Notes: a model not told the origin generated them from the sequence alone. 64,000 nucleotides of DNA from Pontiella sp. (GCA_050290185.1 JBNKHE010000010.1:65575-129574); one strand, 5' to 3'; positions 10,032-20,783 are shown, counted from the first letter of the stretch. A program made the numbers and translations.

Positions 10032-10891
10032 ATAGAATTATCCCGGAAAAACTCCGAGATTTGTCTCAGCTGGGACCATTACTAAGTAATGAGGATACTT
10101 CCAGCCAATACATCATTGACCCTGTGACACTCGCGAAAGGAATTTGTTATTTCGTTACCCGGTTGCGTATTGTGTCACGCTATGAAGATCTTAGGGAGAT
10201 GGGGTATAGGAATGGAAATTACTTTCACTACATAATTGAATCCTATGAGGAGGTGTTGGCCTGCCTCATGATCCGGTGTGAAAAGGCAGAACGTGAAGAG
10301 ATAGCCGACCGACTATGTGTTGTCGCCGGAACCGCTATCGAACTTGATCAAGCGATTTTGAAGTATGGGAAACGCGAGATTTCACATATCGCTATGACTT
10401 CAATCGCGAGAGAGAGTGCTGCTGCATTTGCGAGTCACAAACAATTCTTTGCAGCGGTCAGGGATTACTGGGAAAGCGAGGCTGCGACTAGGGCGAATCA
10501 ATACGGGATTCAGCACCATGCCGATTACGCCACTGATCGTTCGCCTAAAACTCCACAAGAGCGGGTTCATTTATTGGTTGAAAGCGTCATCGGTAAGGAA
10601 GAAAGGCTGATGGCCCTCAATCAGGCGTTACTCGCCATGCATGAGGTCGCTGATAAACGGGATCATCAAATGGACAACGAGGTCGTGTGTTCGATCTTGG
10701 GGATCTCGGAGAACAAAAGAAAAGCTACTGAGGAGCGGCTTCGGAAGAGGTTAGGTACGTGGCGGGGTCGTGACACGAACGAGGACGATCAAAAAGCACG
10801 AGCTGACATTTTTCGCCGGGGTATTGGTTTGGAATTACGCAGGACGGTCCGCGAAATTGATCCAAAAATCTTCTGTCATTATAAGCTCTGA
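10028..10891 (+). CDS. Hypothetical protein, possibly DNA-binding
   Basis: 287-aa ORF overlapping the integrase stop (ATGA); weak HTH-like NEVVCSILGISE segment. Confidence 0.65.
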   Translation: MNRIIPEKLRDLSQLGPLLSNEDTSSQYIIDPVTLAKGICYFVTRLRIVSRYEDLREMGYRNGNYFHYIIESYEEVLACLMIRCEKAEREEIADRLCVVAGTAIELDQAILKYGKREISHIAMTSIARESAAAFASHKQFFAAVRDYWESEAATRANQYGIQHHADYATDRSPKTPQERVHLLVESVIGKEERLMALNQALLAMHEVADKRDHQMDNEVVCSILGISENKRKATEERLRKRLGTWRGRDTNEDDQKARADIFRRGIGLELRRTVREIDPKIFCHYKL

Positions 10892-10893
10892 GA

Positions 10894-11022
10894 CCTTCCA
10901 CGCACCGTGGAAGGGCTGATTTACACCGTGGAAATATATGGCGCGAAAACTCCATTTAAATCAATGTTTTCAGGCATTGGGCACTACCGGCCTTCATAGC
11001 CTCCTTTCCACGCACCGTGGAA
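10894..11022. promoter_or_regulatory. Repeated palindromic operator-like sites
   Basis: TTCCACGCACCGTGGAA at 10896-10912 and 11006-11022; half site CACCGTGGAA at 10924-10933. Confidence 0.65.
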
Positions 11023-11125
11023 TAAAAACAATATTCGGATTTTTCTGATTCTAATCCGATCACCAGCCGGATTGGTGTTGCAAATTGACCTGCGACGGTC
11101 CGGCTGGGTGAAAGGAAGGATCAGA

Positions 11126-11473
11126 ATGGAATCAGTAATATCCAAAGCAACAGTTGAACTGGTTGCTAACCTTACCGGCCCTTTGGTTGGAACGGGCGCA
11201 TTGCATCGAACAGAACAACAATCCGTTGTTCAACTTCTCCGGCAGCATACCGCCGGGAAACAGCCGGATCAGCAAGCCGATGCTTGGTCGACGCTGGACG
11301 AGGCTTCGCGGGAGACCAAACTCAGCAAGAAGACTCTGCGCCGTATGATCGATTCGGGGGAATTGGAGGGGAAATATTTGCGCAAGGGATCACCGAAAAC
11401 TTTGCGGATCAAGTCTTCCTCCCTTGCGGCCTTGAAAGCCCAGGAAGGAGATCCGAGTCATGAAGCAAAATAA
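11126..11473 (+). CDS. Excisionase/AlpA-like HTH protein
   Basis: ATG 11126 after a GGAAGGA RBS; TLDEASRETKLSKKTLRRMIDSGEL is an Xis-type HTH. Confidence 0.75.
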   Translation: MESVISKATVELVANLTGPLVGTGALHRTEQQSVVQLLRQHTAGKQPDQQADAWSTLDEASRETKLSKKTLRRMIDSGELEGKYLRKGSPKTLRIKSSSLAALKAQEGDPSHEAK

Positions 11474-11906
11474 TGATATTCAAAACGATGCAGGGAATGT
11501 TGACGTACAGATCCAGTCGCAGCTAAATGTCGGGGGTGTGCATGCACCAAAGAATAGCAATGATGATCCTGGCCGTAAAATATGTAGGTCGTGCGGAAAG
11601 TTCGAGGTGGGAAAAAGCTCGCGCTTCCTGAACTGTTTAAGTCTTCATGGTTTATGCGATCTGTGTATAGGCGAAGTCACAAGTCTGAAAGTAGGCATGT
11701 ATGAAGCGTCAGACCGTTTTGTTAGCTTATGGAAAAACACGGAACTGCAAGTTACTGCCGAAGAGATATTGTCGGTCTTCGACGGTATGGCTGCACTTTC
11801 CGGGCCGGCATTAGGCGATGTTTTTCGCGGGCTTAGGCAACTTCTGTCTGCGATCGGTAAGGAGGCACAAGAAAGGGGGGGGTGGGCTGATGACTACCCG
11901 TTCTGA
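11460..11906 (+). CDS. Hypothetical protein with CxxC pairs
   Basis: Overlaps the upstream gene; CRSC and CDLC motifs. Confidence 0.55.
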   Translation: MKQNNDIQNDAGNVDVQIQSQLNVGGVHAPKNSNDDPGRKICRSCGKFEVGKSSRFLNCLSLHGLCDLCIGEVTSLKVGMYEASDRFVSLWKNTELQVTAEEILSVFDGMAALSGPALGDVFRGLRQLLSAIGKEAQERGGWADDYPF

Positions 11907-12168
11907 TCGCGTTTCGATAAACGGACTTATAGGGCATTCCAGTTTTGTCGAAATATCTCTCTGCGAGGAGTGCGCAGTAGCAAAGGACCAATGGTGCAAA
12001 ACTTGTGATGACTCCCCTCTGGAGCTATGTAGTTTGTGCCAGGGCAAGGTTAATGCCATACCCCAAGGATCGTACATATTGGTCGACCAGAATGCGCCAA
12101 GACTGTTGTACGACGAGGGCGATGAATCGGAGTATGATTGGAAAGCAGCGGGGCCTGACGATGATTAG
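11890..12168 (+). CDS. Small Cys-rich hypothetical protein
   Basis: ATG 11890; CEEC, CKTC and CSLC motifs. Confidence 0.45.
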   Translation: MTTRSDRVSINGLIGHSSFVEISLCEECAVAKDQWCKTCDDSPLELCSLCQGKVNAIPQGSYILVDQNAPRLLYDEGDESEYDWKAAGPDDD

Positions 12169-12302
12169 CCTCGATTTCCATGTCGATCCATACACTGATG
12201 CGTCGTGTTCAACTATTAACATGGGCCGAAAGGCCCATTTCTTTTTCTATTCAATCCATGGTTGTTGGGATTGGGCGGATTTTGATTCTGGGGGCGATTG
12301 CG

Positions 12303-13466
12303 ATGGCAAAGTCTGCGTATGACTACGTGGAGGCCAGCAAGCTAGAGGACTATATTCGTAAGCATTACCGGAACCAGTTGAGCAATGGCGCATTGAGCTT
12401 CTATTTAACTGCGCTGCCTTATCTGGAGCGGAAGGGCCTCGGCCTGTGTGCACCCATCACGGCGACCTATCAGGATCTGGTTAAGGCGGGATTTCGGAGT
12501 AAATCCAACATAAAGACGGTCCTTAACGCTTTGAATGGCGTGCTCTGCGAGGTTGTTATCGGGCTCCCGATTGCCGGGGAAAGCGGCAAGGAGGCCACGC
12601 GGATAAGGCGATACACACTGAAGGAGCTGAAGAACGGGGAAACCGCTCGTCGCCTTATCGACTATCGCCCAGCCGATGCGAGGATGTTGGCTGGACTTCT
12701 GGCGAGTCGATCATTCGTCTATGGCGATGATGCTGCCTGTAGCCCCGCTTTCAATGTCTTGCTAACCGGTCGGGTCCAGTCATCGAGGCCGAATGTTCAG
12801 GGTGATCCAGAATCGGTGCGTATACGAAACCTCTGCGCTGGTCTGGAACCGGGACAGGTGTTGATTTCTGCCGACTACAAGGCAGCAGAGCCGACGCTGA
12901 TTCAGCATGCCATGGACTTCCGGTTCGATGTGGCTGATCCGTACCAAAAAGCCGCTGACCTGCTTGGAATTGATCGAGACAGTGCAAAGCAGCAGGTCAA
13001 TAGGTTGGCCTATAGTTCCGACAGTGTGGCGACGCTGTGGCGGTAGGAATGCCCGCAGGCGGAAGAACACTTCCTTCCATATGCGGAAGCCCTCACCGAG
13101 TATAAGGAAAAGCTTTTCGTGACAGGGAAACCTCGCACCGGGATGCGCCGGTTTGTCAGCACGTTGGCAGGTCGGAAGATCGACGCGCAGCGGGGCGATG
13201 CTCCACACCGGGGCAGGATTCTATCGTGGCAAATCCAGGGTACGGTGGCCGACATCCTCAACGCCGTATGCCTGAAGATCGTGGGTCTGGAAGCGGAAAC
13301 AAGGTGGCGTCTGCTGTTACCGGTGCACGACGCGGTGTATGTTGCGGGTATTCCCGAAGATGCCGATAAGATCCGGAAACTCATGGAGGCAGAAGCAAAG
13401 GCTCTGCGGCTGCCACTTAAGGTTACGGTCGATACCTACCGGAAGGGGGACCATGTTCGCAAATAA
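12303..13466 (+). pseudogene. Compact family-A DNA polymerase-like gene interrupted by one in-frame TAG (13044-13046)
   Basis: ORFs 12180..13046 and 13119..13466 share a frame. Motifs: TGRVQSSRPNVQ, ADYKAAE (A), RDSAKQQVNRLAY (B), IQGTVADI and LLPVHDA (C). Confidence 0.8.
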
Positions 13467-14008
13467 GAACAGGCCAAACCGCCCTCTACTGTTCTTAGAT
13501 ACGAACCCTTATACCAGTCATAGGGAATATTTCACCGTGTCTCCGTCTCCCTTCTCCCCGAATGCTATACGGGAGGCCCAGAAAGAGTCGGCCTGCGCCT
13601 TTTTCAGGTTGAGAGTAGGTTGGGTGCGTTTCGGGAGCCTCAGCGAGTATACGCCCTTGATATGCGCTTTTACGATCTTCGGTGCTATTCAGCTTAGTAA
13701 GTGCTAACCTTTTGGCTTAACGTGACATAAATACATTATGAGTGGGTTACTATGCTGCCCGGATATACAAGCGGGTGTTTTGGCTTCCTACCTTTTCATT
13801 AGGCCAAGAGTCGGTCGTGGAGTAGGTGCTAAGGGACTTTTAATCGATTTTTGGACGATTTCATTCACCTACGTTTTTTACGGATTATGGCGGTTCGTTA
13901 GTAAAAAATACTATCCATCCAGTTCATATCTTGCCAAGGGTTCTGCTTGCTGAAAGACCTCTTCGGAACTACTTTTGACGCGAATATATCATCGAATGGA
14001 TTTAAGGT

Positions 14009-17000
14009 ATGGGGATACGCGGAGATAAGGGGCAGAGTAGCAACTTCCGTTTTTTGGAAGAACACGATGCTGTCTTTCTCCAATTGGTCACCACTGCCGA
14101 ACAGGTTTTCTCCTCCGACCCCAATACTACACTGATTAAACTCAGGCAACTGGGTGAGGCATTGGCCCAGAATATAGCTGCCCGTTGCGGTATCTCTTTT
14201 GATGAGCAGACCAGCCAGTCGGACCTTCTTTACAAACTGAACCGTGAAATCTCACTTGATCCGGAGATTCGCGAGCTGTTCCATACGCTCCGGATCGAAG
14301 GCAACAGGGCAACCCACCAATTCCAAACCCGCCATGGGGAGGCCATGAATGGCCTCAAGATTGCCCGGACGCTGGCCATTTGGTTCCATCAATCCTTCGG
14401 TGCCAACGGAACGCATTTTAAGCCCGGTCCATTTTGTCCGCCGCAGGATCCTAGTATGCCTCTACGGGAACTGCGGGAACAGATCGAGCAACTCAAAGCC
14501 AAGCTCCATGACGCCAATCAGGAAATCGAGTCCAGCCACGAACTGGCAGAGCTCGTTGCTCGCGAAAAGGCTGAGTACGAGACTCTTGCCGAAAAAATGG
14601 ATGAGGATGCCCGTACCTACGAGGCAATCGCTCTCGAGAACGAAGCAAAGTTGGCAACCATGCAAGCCGACTATGAGCAGAAACTCGTCGACATGCAGAA
14701 ACAGTTGGATGCCCAGGCTGCCAAGAGAGTTTCCGAGAAAACCCATAAAGCGGCCAAGCATGTCGATTTGAACGAAGAGCTGACCCGCATCATCATTGAC
14801 CAGCAGTTGATTGCTGCTGGATGGGAAGCCGACACGCAGGAGCTCACCTATGCCAAAGGTGCTCGCCCTGAGCCTCGGAAGAACAAGGCCATTGCCGAAT
14901 GGCCCACCGTTGGACGCCAGTCTGCCGACTATGTACTGTTCGCGGGGATGACTCCGATCGCGGTCGTTGAGGCGAAACGGGAAAATACCGATGTGGCCGG
15001 AAAGATTCCTCAGGCTGAACGCTATTCCAGCGGATTCCCGCTTGCGGCCGATCATTACGCCGCATGGCGGCTTGCCGGTGAGCAGCAGGCATGGAGCGAT
15101 GGGGAAGGCGGTACCTACAAAATTCCCTTTGTCTATTCATGCAATGGCCGCCCCTTTATCAAACAACTGTCGGAAAAATCAGGTACCTGGTTCAGGGATG
15201 TCCGCGCGCCTTCCAATCTGAAAAAAGTACTCAGCGATTTCCACTCACCGGAAGGTCTGCTGGATCAGCTTTCCCGCGACAAAGCGGCGGCCGAAGCCAA
15301 GCTAAGGCAGGAAGGCTTTGAATACCTCAAACTGCGCGACTATCAGGAAAAGGCGATCAACGCGGTTGAAAGCGCGTTGGAGAAGGATCAACGCGAATGC
15401 CTGTTGGCCATGGCCACCGGCACCGGCAAAACCCGCACCATCATCGGACTGATGTATCGCTTTCTTAAAGCCGAACGTTTTAAGCGGATCCTGTTCCTAG
15501 TGGATCGCAGCGCGTTGGGAGAGCAGGCGCAGGACGTGTTCGATGAAGCCCCGCTGGAACAAAACTCCCCGCTCTCCAAAATCTACAACATCGCCCAGCT
15601 TGGCGACATGGCCGCAGAAGCCGAAACGCGCATTCAGGTCGCCACCGTGCAGGCTATGGTCAAACGGATCTTCATGTCGGACAACCCTCCCTCCATCGAT
15701 ACCTATGACTGCGTCATTGTCGACGAGGCCCACCGTGGCTATACCCTCGATCAGGAAATGACCGACAACGAAATCCAATTTCGGGATCAGGCGCAATATC
15801 TATCCAGCTATCGCCGGGTGCTTGACTGGTTCGATGCGGTCAAAATCGGAATGACCGCGACTCCTGCCAGGCACACCTCCGAGATATTCGGCAAGCCGGT
15901 CTATACCTACACCTATCGCGAAGCCGTTGCTGACGACTGGCTCATCGACCACGAACCGCCCATCCGCTACCGCACCAGACTGGCGGAAGAGGGCATCCGG
16001 TTTGAAAAAGGCGAAAAGGTCGAGGTGGTGAACGTCAGATCCGGCGAGGTGGACGAAGCGGAACTGGAAGACGATCTCGACTTTGAAGTCGAAGCGTTCA
16101 ATCGGCGTGTCATTACCAAGGATTTCAACCGGGTGATCTGCGAAGCGCTGGCGGAGGAGCTGGATCCCTTCAGCGATGAAAAGGTCATGATCTTCTGTGT
16201 AACCGACCTGCATGCCGATATGGTCAAAACAGAGCTGGATAGGCAATTTGCAGCACTCTACGGCGATGACTACAACCAGAACGCGGTGCGCAAGATTACC
16301 GGAAAGAGCGATCAGGTTGACAAACTGATCCGGCACTACAAGAACGAGCGCAATCCTGTCATCGCCATTACCGTCGATCTCCTCACCACCGGAATCGATG
16401 TGCCCAGCATCTGCCATCTCGTATTCCTGCGCCGTGTCCGTTCCCGCATTCTCTATGAACAGATGGTCGGGCGCGCCACCCGCCGGTGCGACAAAATCGG
16501 AAAAACCGAATTTAAGATTTACGACCCGGTAGATCTCTATGCCGCGCTCGACGAAGTCTCCACCATGAAGCCCCTGGTGAAGAACCCGAACATTCCATTG
16601 GAACAGTTGGTCGATGAACTGCTTCAGCCCGAACATCACGCCTTGGCCGATAATCGCGAAAGGAGCCATGCCGACGAAGTGCTCGACGCCATCAATCAGA
16701 AGGTGATGCGGATTCTACGAAAGGCCCGCAAAAAGGCGGAACGCGACGGACGGGTGCGCGATAAACTCGACGAGTTGGAGGATCTATGGGGCGTTGAACC
16801 CTCAACACTGCACAGGCACTTCCATGAAATCGGACCGGAAAAGGCGGCGGAGTTTCTGACAACCCATTCCGGGTTTATCCAACAGATGGAAGATGTGAAA
16901 GTGTTGGTCGGCTCGGATAACAATCCCGTTATTTCCTACCACGAAGACGAACTGATTGGCCGCGAACAAAACTATGGCGTGCATCAGCGCCCTGGCGACT

Positions 17001-17491
17001 ATCTTCAGGAGTTCGCGGAATTTGTGAAAGGCCACGTCAACGACAACGCCGCACTCTCCGCCGTTGTCAACCGCCCGAAGGATCTCACGCGCGAGCAACT
17101 CAAAGAGGTGAAACTCTATCTCGACCAGAACGGCTTCTCCGAAGCCAACCTGAAAAGCGCATGGCGCGGCCAGACCAACCAGGAAATCGCCGCCAGCATC
17201 ATTGGCTATATTCGTCAGGCCGCCCTCGGCGAAGCGCTCATTCCCTTCGACCGGCGGGTTGAGATGGCCATGGGGAAGATATACAAAATGCGGAGCTGGA
17301 CCACCATCCAGCGCAAATGGCTCGACCGCCTCGCCAAGCAGCTGTGCCATGAAGTGGTGATCGACCAGCAGGCCGTGAATGAAATCTTTGCTAACGACGG
17401 CGGGGCAAACCGGCTGAACACCATCCTGCATAAACAGCTTGAATCCGTTCTCGAAACCCTCGCCGAATCGCTTTGGAATGAGGCCGTATAG
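14009..17491 (+). CDS. hsdR: Type I restriction enzyme R subunit (EcoKI-like)
   Basis: ADYVL...VVEAK nuclease motif, MATGTGKT, DEAH, LLTTGID and QMVGRATR. Confidence 0.95.
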   Translation: MGIRGDKGQSSNFRFLEEHDAVFLQLVTTAEQVFSSDPNTTLIKLRQLGEALAQNIAARCGISFDEQTSQSDLLYKLNREISLDPEIRELFHTLRIEGNRATHQFQTRHGEAMNGLKIARTLAIWFHQSFGANGTHFKPGPFCPPQDPSMPLRELREQIEQLKAKLHDANQEIESSHELAELVAREKAEYETLAEKMDEDARTYEAIALENEAKLATMQADYEQKLVDMQKQLDAQAAKRVSEKTHKAAKHVDLNEELTRIIIDQQLIAAGWEADTQELTYAKGARPEPRKNKAIAEWPTVGRQSADYVLFAGMTPIAVVEAKRENTDVAGKIPQAERYSSGFPLAADHYAAWRLAGEQQAWSDGEGGTYKIPFVYSCNGRPFIKQLSEKSGTWFRDVRAPSNLKKVLSDFHSPEGLLDQLSRDKAAAEAKLRQEGFEYLKLRDYQEKAINAVESALEKDQRECLLAMATGTGKTRTIIGLMYRFLKAERFKRILFLVDRSALGEQAQDVFDEAPLEQNSPLSKIYNIAQLGDMAAEAETRIQVATVQAMVKRIFMSDNPPSIDTYDCVIVDEAHRGYTLDQEMTDNEIQFRDQAQYLSSYRRVLDWFDAVKIGMTATPARHTSEIFGKPVYTYTYREAVADDWLIDHEPPIRYRTRLAEEGIRFEKGEKVEVVNVRSGEVDEAELEDDLDFEVEAFNRRVITKDFNRVICEALAEELDPFSDEKVMIFCVTDLHADMVKTELDRQFAALYGDDYNQNAVRKITGKSDQVDKLIRHYKNERNPVIAITVDLLTTGIDVPSICHLVFLRRVRSRILYEQMVGRATRRCDKIGKTEFKIYDPVDLYAALDEVSTMKPLVKNPNIPLEQLVDELLQPEHHALADNRERSHADEVLDAINQKVMRILRKARKKAERDGRVRDKLDELEDLWGVEPSTLHRHFHEIGPEKAAEFLTTHSGFIQQMEDVKVLVGSDNNPVISYHEDELIGREQNYGVHQRPGDYLQEFAEFVKGHVNDNAALSAVVNRPKDLTREQLKEVKLYLDQNGFSEANLKSAWRGQTNQEIAASIIGYIRQAALGEALIPFDRRVEMAMGKIYKMRSWTTIQRKWLDRLAKQLCHEVVIDQQAVNEIFANDGGANRLNTILHKQLESVLETLAESLWNEAV

Positions 17492-17570
17492 TTTATTATA
17501 GTGAGCTCAATCCATATGTTGGTGGAGATCTTTCGCTGTATGCGGCGAGCCTATGAATAGGAGATGTTAA

Positions 17571-18689
17571 ATGACTGCAGTAAAGTACCATATAGGGAAG
17601 TTTCCGCCTCAAGTACTGAATCTGGAACGACTTCTCCCCCTTATTGGTCCGGCCAGTTCCGCTGTAGCCCGTTATGACGGCGTGCTTTCCGCCATCCCCA
17701 ATGCTTCGGTTCTATTGAGCCCTTTAACCACGCAGGAAGCCGTACTTTCATCCAAAATCGAAGGCACGCAGGCGACCATGGGTGAGGTACTCGAATTTGA
17801 GGCCGAAGGTGGCCGAAAAAAAGTCCCGGAAGAGAAGCGCGAGGACATTCATGAAGTGCTGAATTACCGTAAGGCCATGCGTCACGCGGAAAAGCGATTG
17901 CAGGAACTGCCGCTTTGCCAGCGGGTCCTCAAGGAGGTCCATCGGATCCTGTTGGACGGAGTGAGAGGCCAGGGTAAGTCGCCGGGAGAATACCGGAGGA
18001 TTCCAAACTGGATCGGCCCCTACGGCTGCTCCATGGAGGACGCACGCTTTATCCCGATCCCCGCTGGTGAACTGGATGAGGCGATGGGGAAATGGGACAT
18101 ATACATTAATGCGTCTGCTCCGGACCGCTTGCTCCAGCTCGCAATTCTTCATGCGGAATTCGAGTCGCTGCACCCTTTTCTAGACGGTAATGGTCGTCTT
18201 GGCCGAATGTGTATTCCGCTCTTCATGCATCAGGTCGGATTGATTCAGCGTCCGATGTTCTACATCAGTGCCTATTTTGAAGCCAACAGGGATGAATATT
18301 ATGATCGGTTGCTGGCCATATCCCAAGCAGACGATTGGACCGGATGGTGCATGTTTTTCCTTCAGGCGGTCCGTATTCAGGCAGAACAAAACCTTAAAAA
18401 AGCCAATGCGGTACTGGATCTCTACAACCGGATGAAGCTGAAAATCGCGGATATTTCACATTCCCAGTTTTCGATTCATGCGCTGGAGTGGATTTTTGAA
18501 CAGCCCATTTTCAACAGCACCGATTTCATTAAGGCCTCGGGGATCCCCAAGCCCACCGCCACCCGGATTTTGCGTGTTTTGAGGGAAGAGAGCATTCTTC
18601 AGGTCTGGCAGGAGTCCCGCGGTAGCAAACCGGCGGTATACGGATATGCTGATTTGCTGAACGTGGCGGAGGGGTATCAGGCGTTCTAA
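17571..18689 (+). CDS. Fic family protein
   Basis: Canonical HPFLDGNGRLGR motif; SSKIEG inhibitory-helix motif. Confidence 0.92.
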   Translation: MTAVKYHIGKFPPQVLNLERLLPLIGPASSAVARYDGVLSAIPNASVLLSPLTTQEAVLSSKIEGTQATMGEVLEFEAEGGRKKVPEEKREDIHEVLNYRKAMRHAEKRLQELPLCQRVLKEVHRILLDGVRGQGKSPGEYRRIPNWIGPYGCSMEDARFIPIPAGELDEAMGKWDIYINASAPDRLLQLAILHAEFESLHPFLDGNGRLGRMCIPLFMHQVGLIQRPMFYISAYFEANRDEYYDRLLAISQADDWTGWCMFFLQAVRIQAEQNLKKANAVLDLYNRMKLKIADISHSQFSIHALEWIFEQPIFNSTDFIKASGIPKPTATRILRVLREESILQVWQESRGSKPAVYGYADLLNVAEGYQAF

Positions 18690-18759
18690 TGGGTACAAGA
18701 TATAGTGTCAGGCATCGTCTGAACTACATAAAAACCGCTTCTTATGGTGGTTTTAACGG

Positions 18760-18854
18760 TTGTGGCTCACGGATGATTCACAAACTAATTTGTGGATCAA
18801 AAAAGCTAAAAAATGATTCGCAATCGAATTTGTGGCTCACGGATGATTCACAAA
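18760..18854 (+). repeat. 25-bp direct repeat x2 plus a degenerate middle copy
   Basis: TTGTGGCTCACGGATGATTCACAAA at 18760-18784 and 18830-18854. Confidence 0.8.
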
Positions 18855-19139
18855 TTACCCGTCCGTTTGCTTGCATACACTCCTGCAATCAAAACTGGAA
18901 TAATCATAAATATCTTGTATTCAGTATGTTATGCGCTAAGTTGCTTGCATCTGAGTGTAGTTTATTCGGCAAGTGCACAAAGCGGGATTTCCTTCCCTCT
19001 GAGGTTACCTCTTCGCTGCTGTCGCTTCGTGTCTCTGTGCCCTCTATGGTGAAAATTTCTGTTTCCCCAAACTTCAAACCTCAAACTTCAACCCGTTTTC
19101 TTAAAACCTAACACCTAAAACTTAAAACCGGATTTTCCT

Positions 19140-20783
19140 ATGACCAAAAACGACATTGTCCAAAAGCTCTGGAACCTGTGCGACATCCTGCGCGATGACG
19201 GCATCAACTATTCCCACTATGTCACCGAGCTAGTCCTGCTGCTCTTCATGAAAATGGAGAACGAACAGGTGCTCAACCTCAACAACTTTGACCATCGTCT
19301 ACCCGAAGGGTGCCGTTGGGCCGATCTCAAGAAAAAGAGTGGCCTTAACCTGCTCAACGACTATAAGCGCATTCTGCTGACGCTCTCCACCGGCAAGGAT
19401 GCCGACGGCAACACCGTCGTCACCGATCCGCTGATCCTTGCCATCTACAACGATGCCCAGACCAGCCTGCGCGAACCGCGCCACCTCGAACAGCTCATCA
19501 AGAGCCTGGATCAGATCGACTGGTTTTCCGCCCAGCAGGATGGGCTCGGCGATCTCTACGAAGGGTTGCTGGAAAAGAATGCCAACGAAACCAAGTCCGG
19601 TGCCGGACAATATTTCACACCCCGCCCGCTGATCGATTCCATCATCCGCTGCATCAAACCGCAGGCGGGCGAAACCATCCAGGACCCCGCCGCCGGAACG
19701 GCGGGCTTCCTGATTGCCGCCGACCGCTTCATCAAGGACCAGACCGACGACCTTTACGATTTGCCGCCGAAGGAACAGAAACGCCAGCGCAAGGAGTGCT
19801 ACATCGGCATCGAGCTGGTGCCCGACACGCGCCGTCTGGCGCTCATGAACTGTCTGCTTCACGGCATGGAAGGCGATGACGAGGGCGTAGTGCATCTGGG
19901 TAATGCGTTGGGGCAGGCGGGGGAGGGACTGAAGCCGAGCACCATTATTCTCAGCAATCCTCCCTTTGGAACCGCCAAAGGCGGCGGACGGCCCACGCGC
20001 GCCTTTACCCACGCCACCTCCAATAAGCAGCTTAACTTTCTGCAGCATATCTACAATGGTCTCAAGCCCGGCGGACGCGCCGCCGTCGTCCTGCCCGACA
20101 ACGTATTGTTTGAAGCGGGCGTCGGCACCGACGTGCGCCGCGACCTGATGGATAAATGCAACCTGCACACCATCCTGCGCCTGCCCACCGGCATCTTCTA
20201 TGCCCAGGGTGTTAAAACCAACGTCCTCTTCTTTACCAAAGGCACGAAAAAGAATCCCGATCAGGACGAGGGCTGCACCAACAACGTCTGGGTCTACGAC
20301 CTGCGCACCAACATGCCCAGCTTCGGCAAACGCACGCCGTTTGGCGACGCCCATCTCGAACCCTTTGAAAATGTCTATGGCAAAAACGCCGACGGCACCT
20401 CCAAGCGCACCGAAGGCGATTGGTCATTCACTTCGGATGTTAAACACAATGACACGAAGGACTCGAAGCTTAGTGATCTTAGTGTCTTGAGCGAAGCGGG
20501 TGTTGATTTGGATTCGTCCCGCTGGCGCTGTTTTTCCAGGGATTGGATCCGCGATACCAAGGGCGACTCCCTCGATATTTCCTGGATCAAGGATAGCGAC
20601 AGCGTAGACGCCGCCAGTCTGCCCGATCCCGACACCCTCGCCGCCGAAGCCATGGGCGAACTAACCGAAGCCCTGCGCGAACTCGACGGACTCATGGCAG
20701 CCCTCGGCTGCGCCAATGAAGCCGACGCCCAGAAAACCATGTTGGCCGAAGTGCTTGGATTGTCTGACGAGGGCGTGGAATGA
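19140..20783 (+). CDS. hsdM: Type I R-M N6-adenine methyltransferase
   Basis: GAGQYFTPR, DPAAGTAGFL and NPPF motifs; EcoKI-like C-terminus. Confidence 0.95.
   Translation: MTKNDIVQKLWNLCDILRDDGINYSHYVTELVLLLFMKMENEQVLNLNNFDHRLPEGCRWADLKKKSGLNLLNDYKRILLTLSTGKDADGNTVVTDPLILAIYNDAQTSLREPRHLEQLIKSLDQIDWFSAQQDGLGDLYEGLLEKNANETKSGAGQYFTPRPLIDSIIRCIKPQAGETIQDPAAGTAGFLIAADRFIKDQTDDLYDLPPKEQKRQRKECYIGIELVPDTRRLALMNCLLHGMEGDDEGVVHLGNALGQAGEGLKPSTIILSNPPFGTAKGGGRPTRAFTHATSNKQLNFLQHIYNGLKPGGRAAVVLPDNVLFEAGVGTDVRRDLMDKCNLHTILRLPTGIFYAQGVKTNVLFFTKGTKKNPDQDEGCTNNVWVYDLRTNMPSFGKRTPFGDAHLEPFENVYGKNADGTSKRTEGDWSFTSDVKHNDTKDSKLSDLSVLSEAGVDLDSSRWRCFSRDWIRDTKGDSLDISWIKDSDSVDAASLPDPDTLAAEAMGELTEALRELDGLMAALGCANEADAQKTMLAEVLGLSDEGVE

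Noticed and set aside
13044..13046. Programmed TAG recoding (pyrrolysine or alternative code)
   Set aside because: Other genes here end normally at TAG (GH29, hsdR, hsdS) and no pyl genes are seen. A nonsense mutation or sequencing error is simpler.
18760..18854. CRISPR array
   Set aside because: Only two exact repeats, the spacer is itself a degenerate repeat, and there are no cas genes.
18689..19111. 140-aa ORF between fic and hsdM
   Set aside because: It runs through DNA repeats and has no protein-like features.
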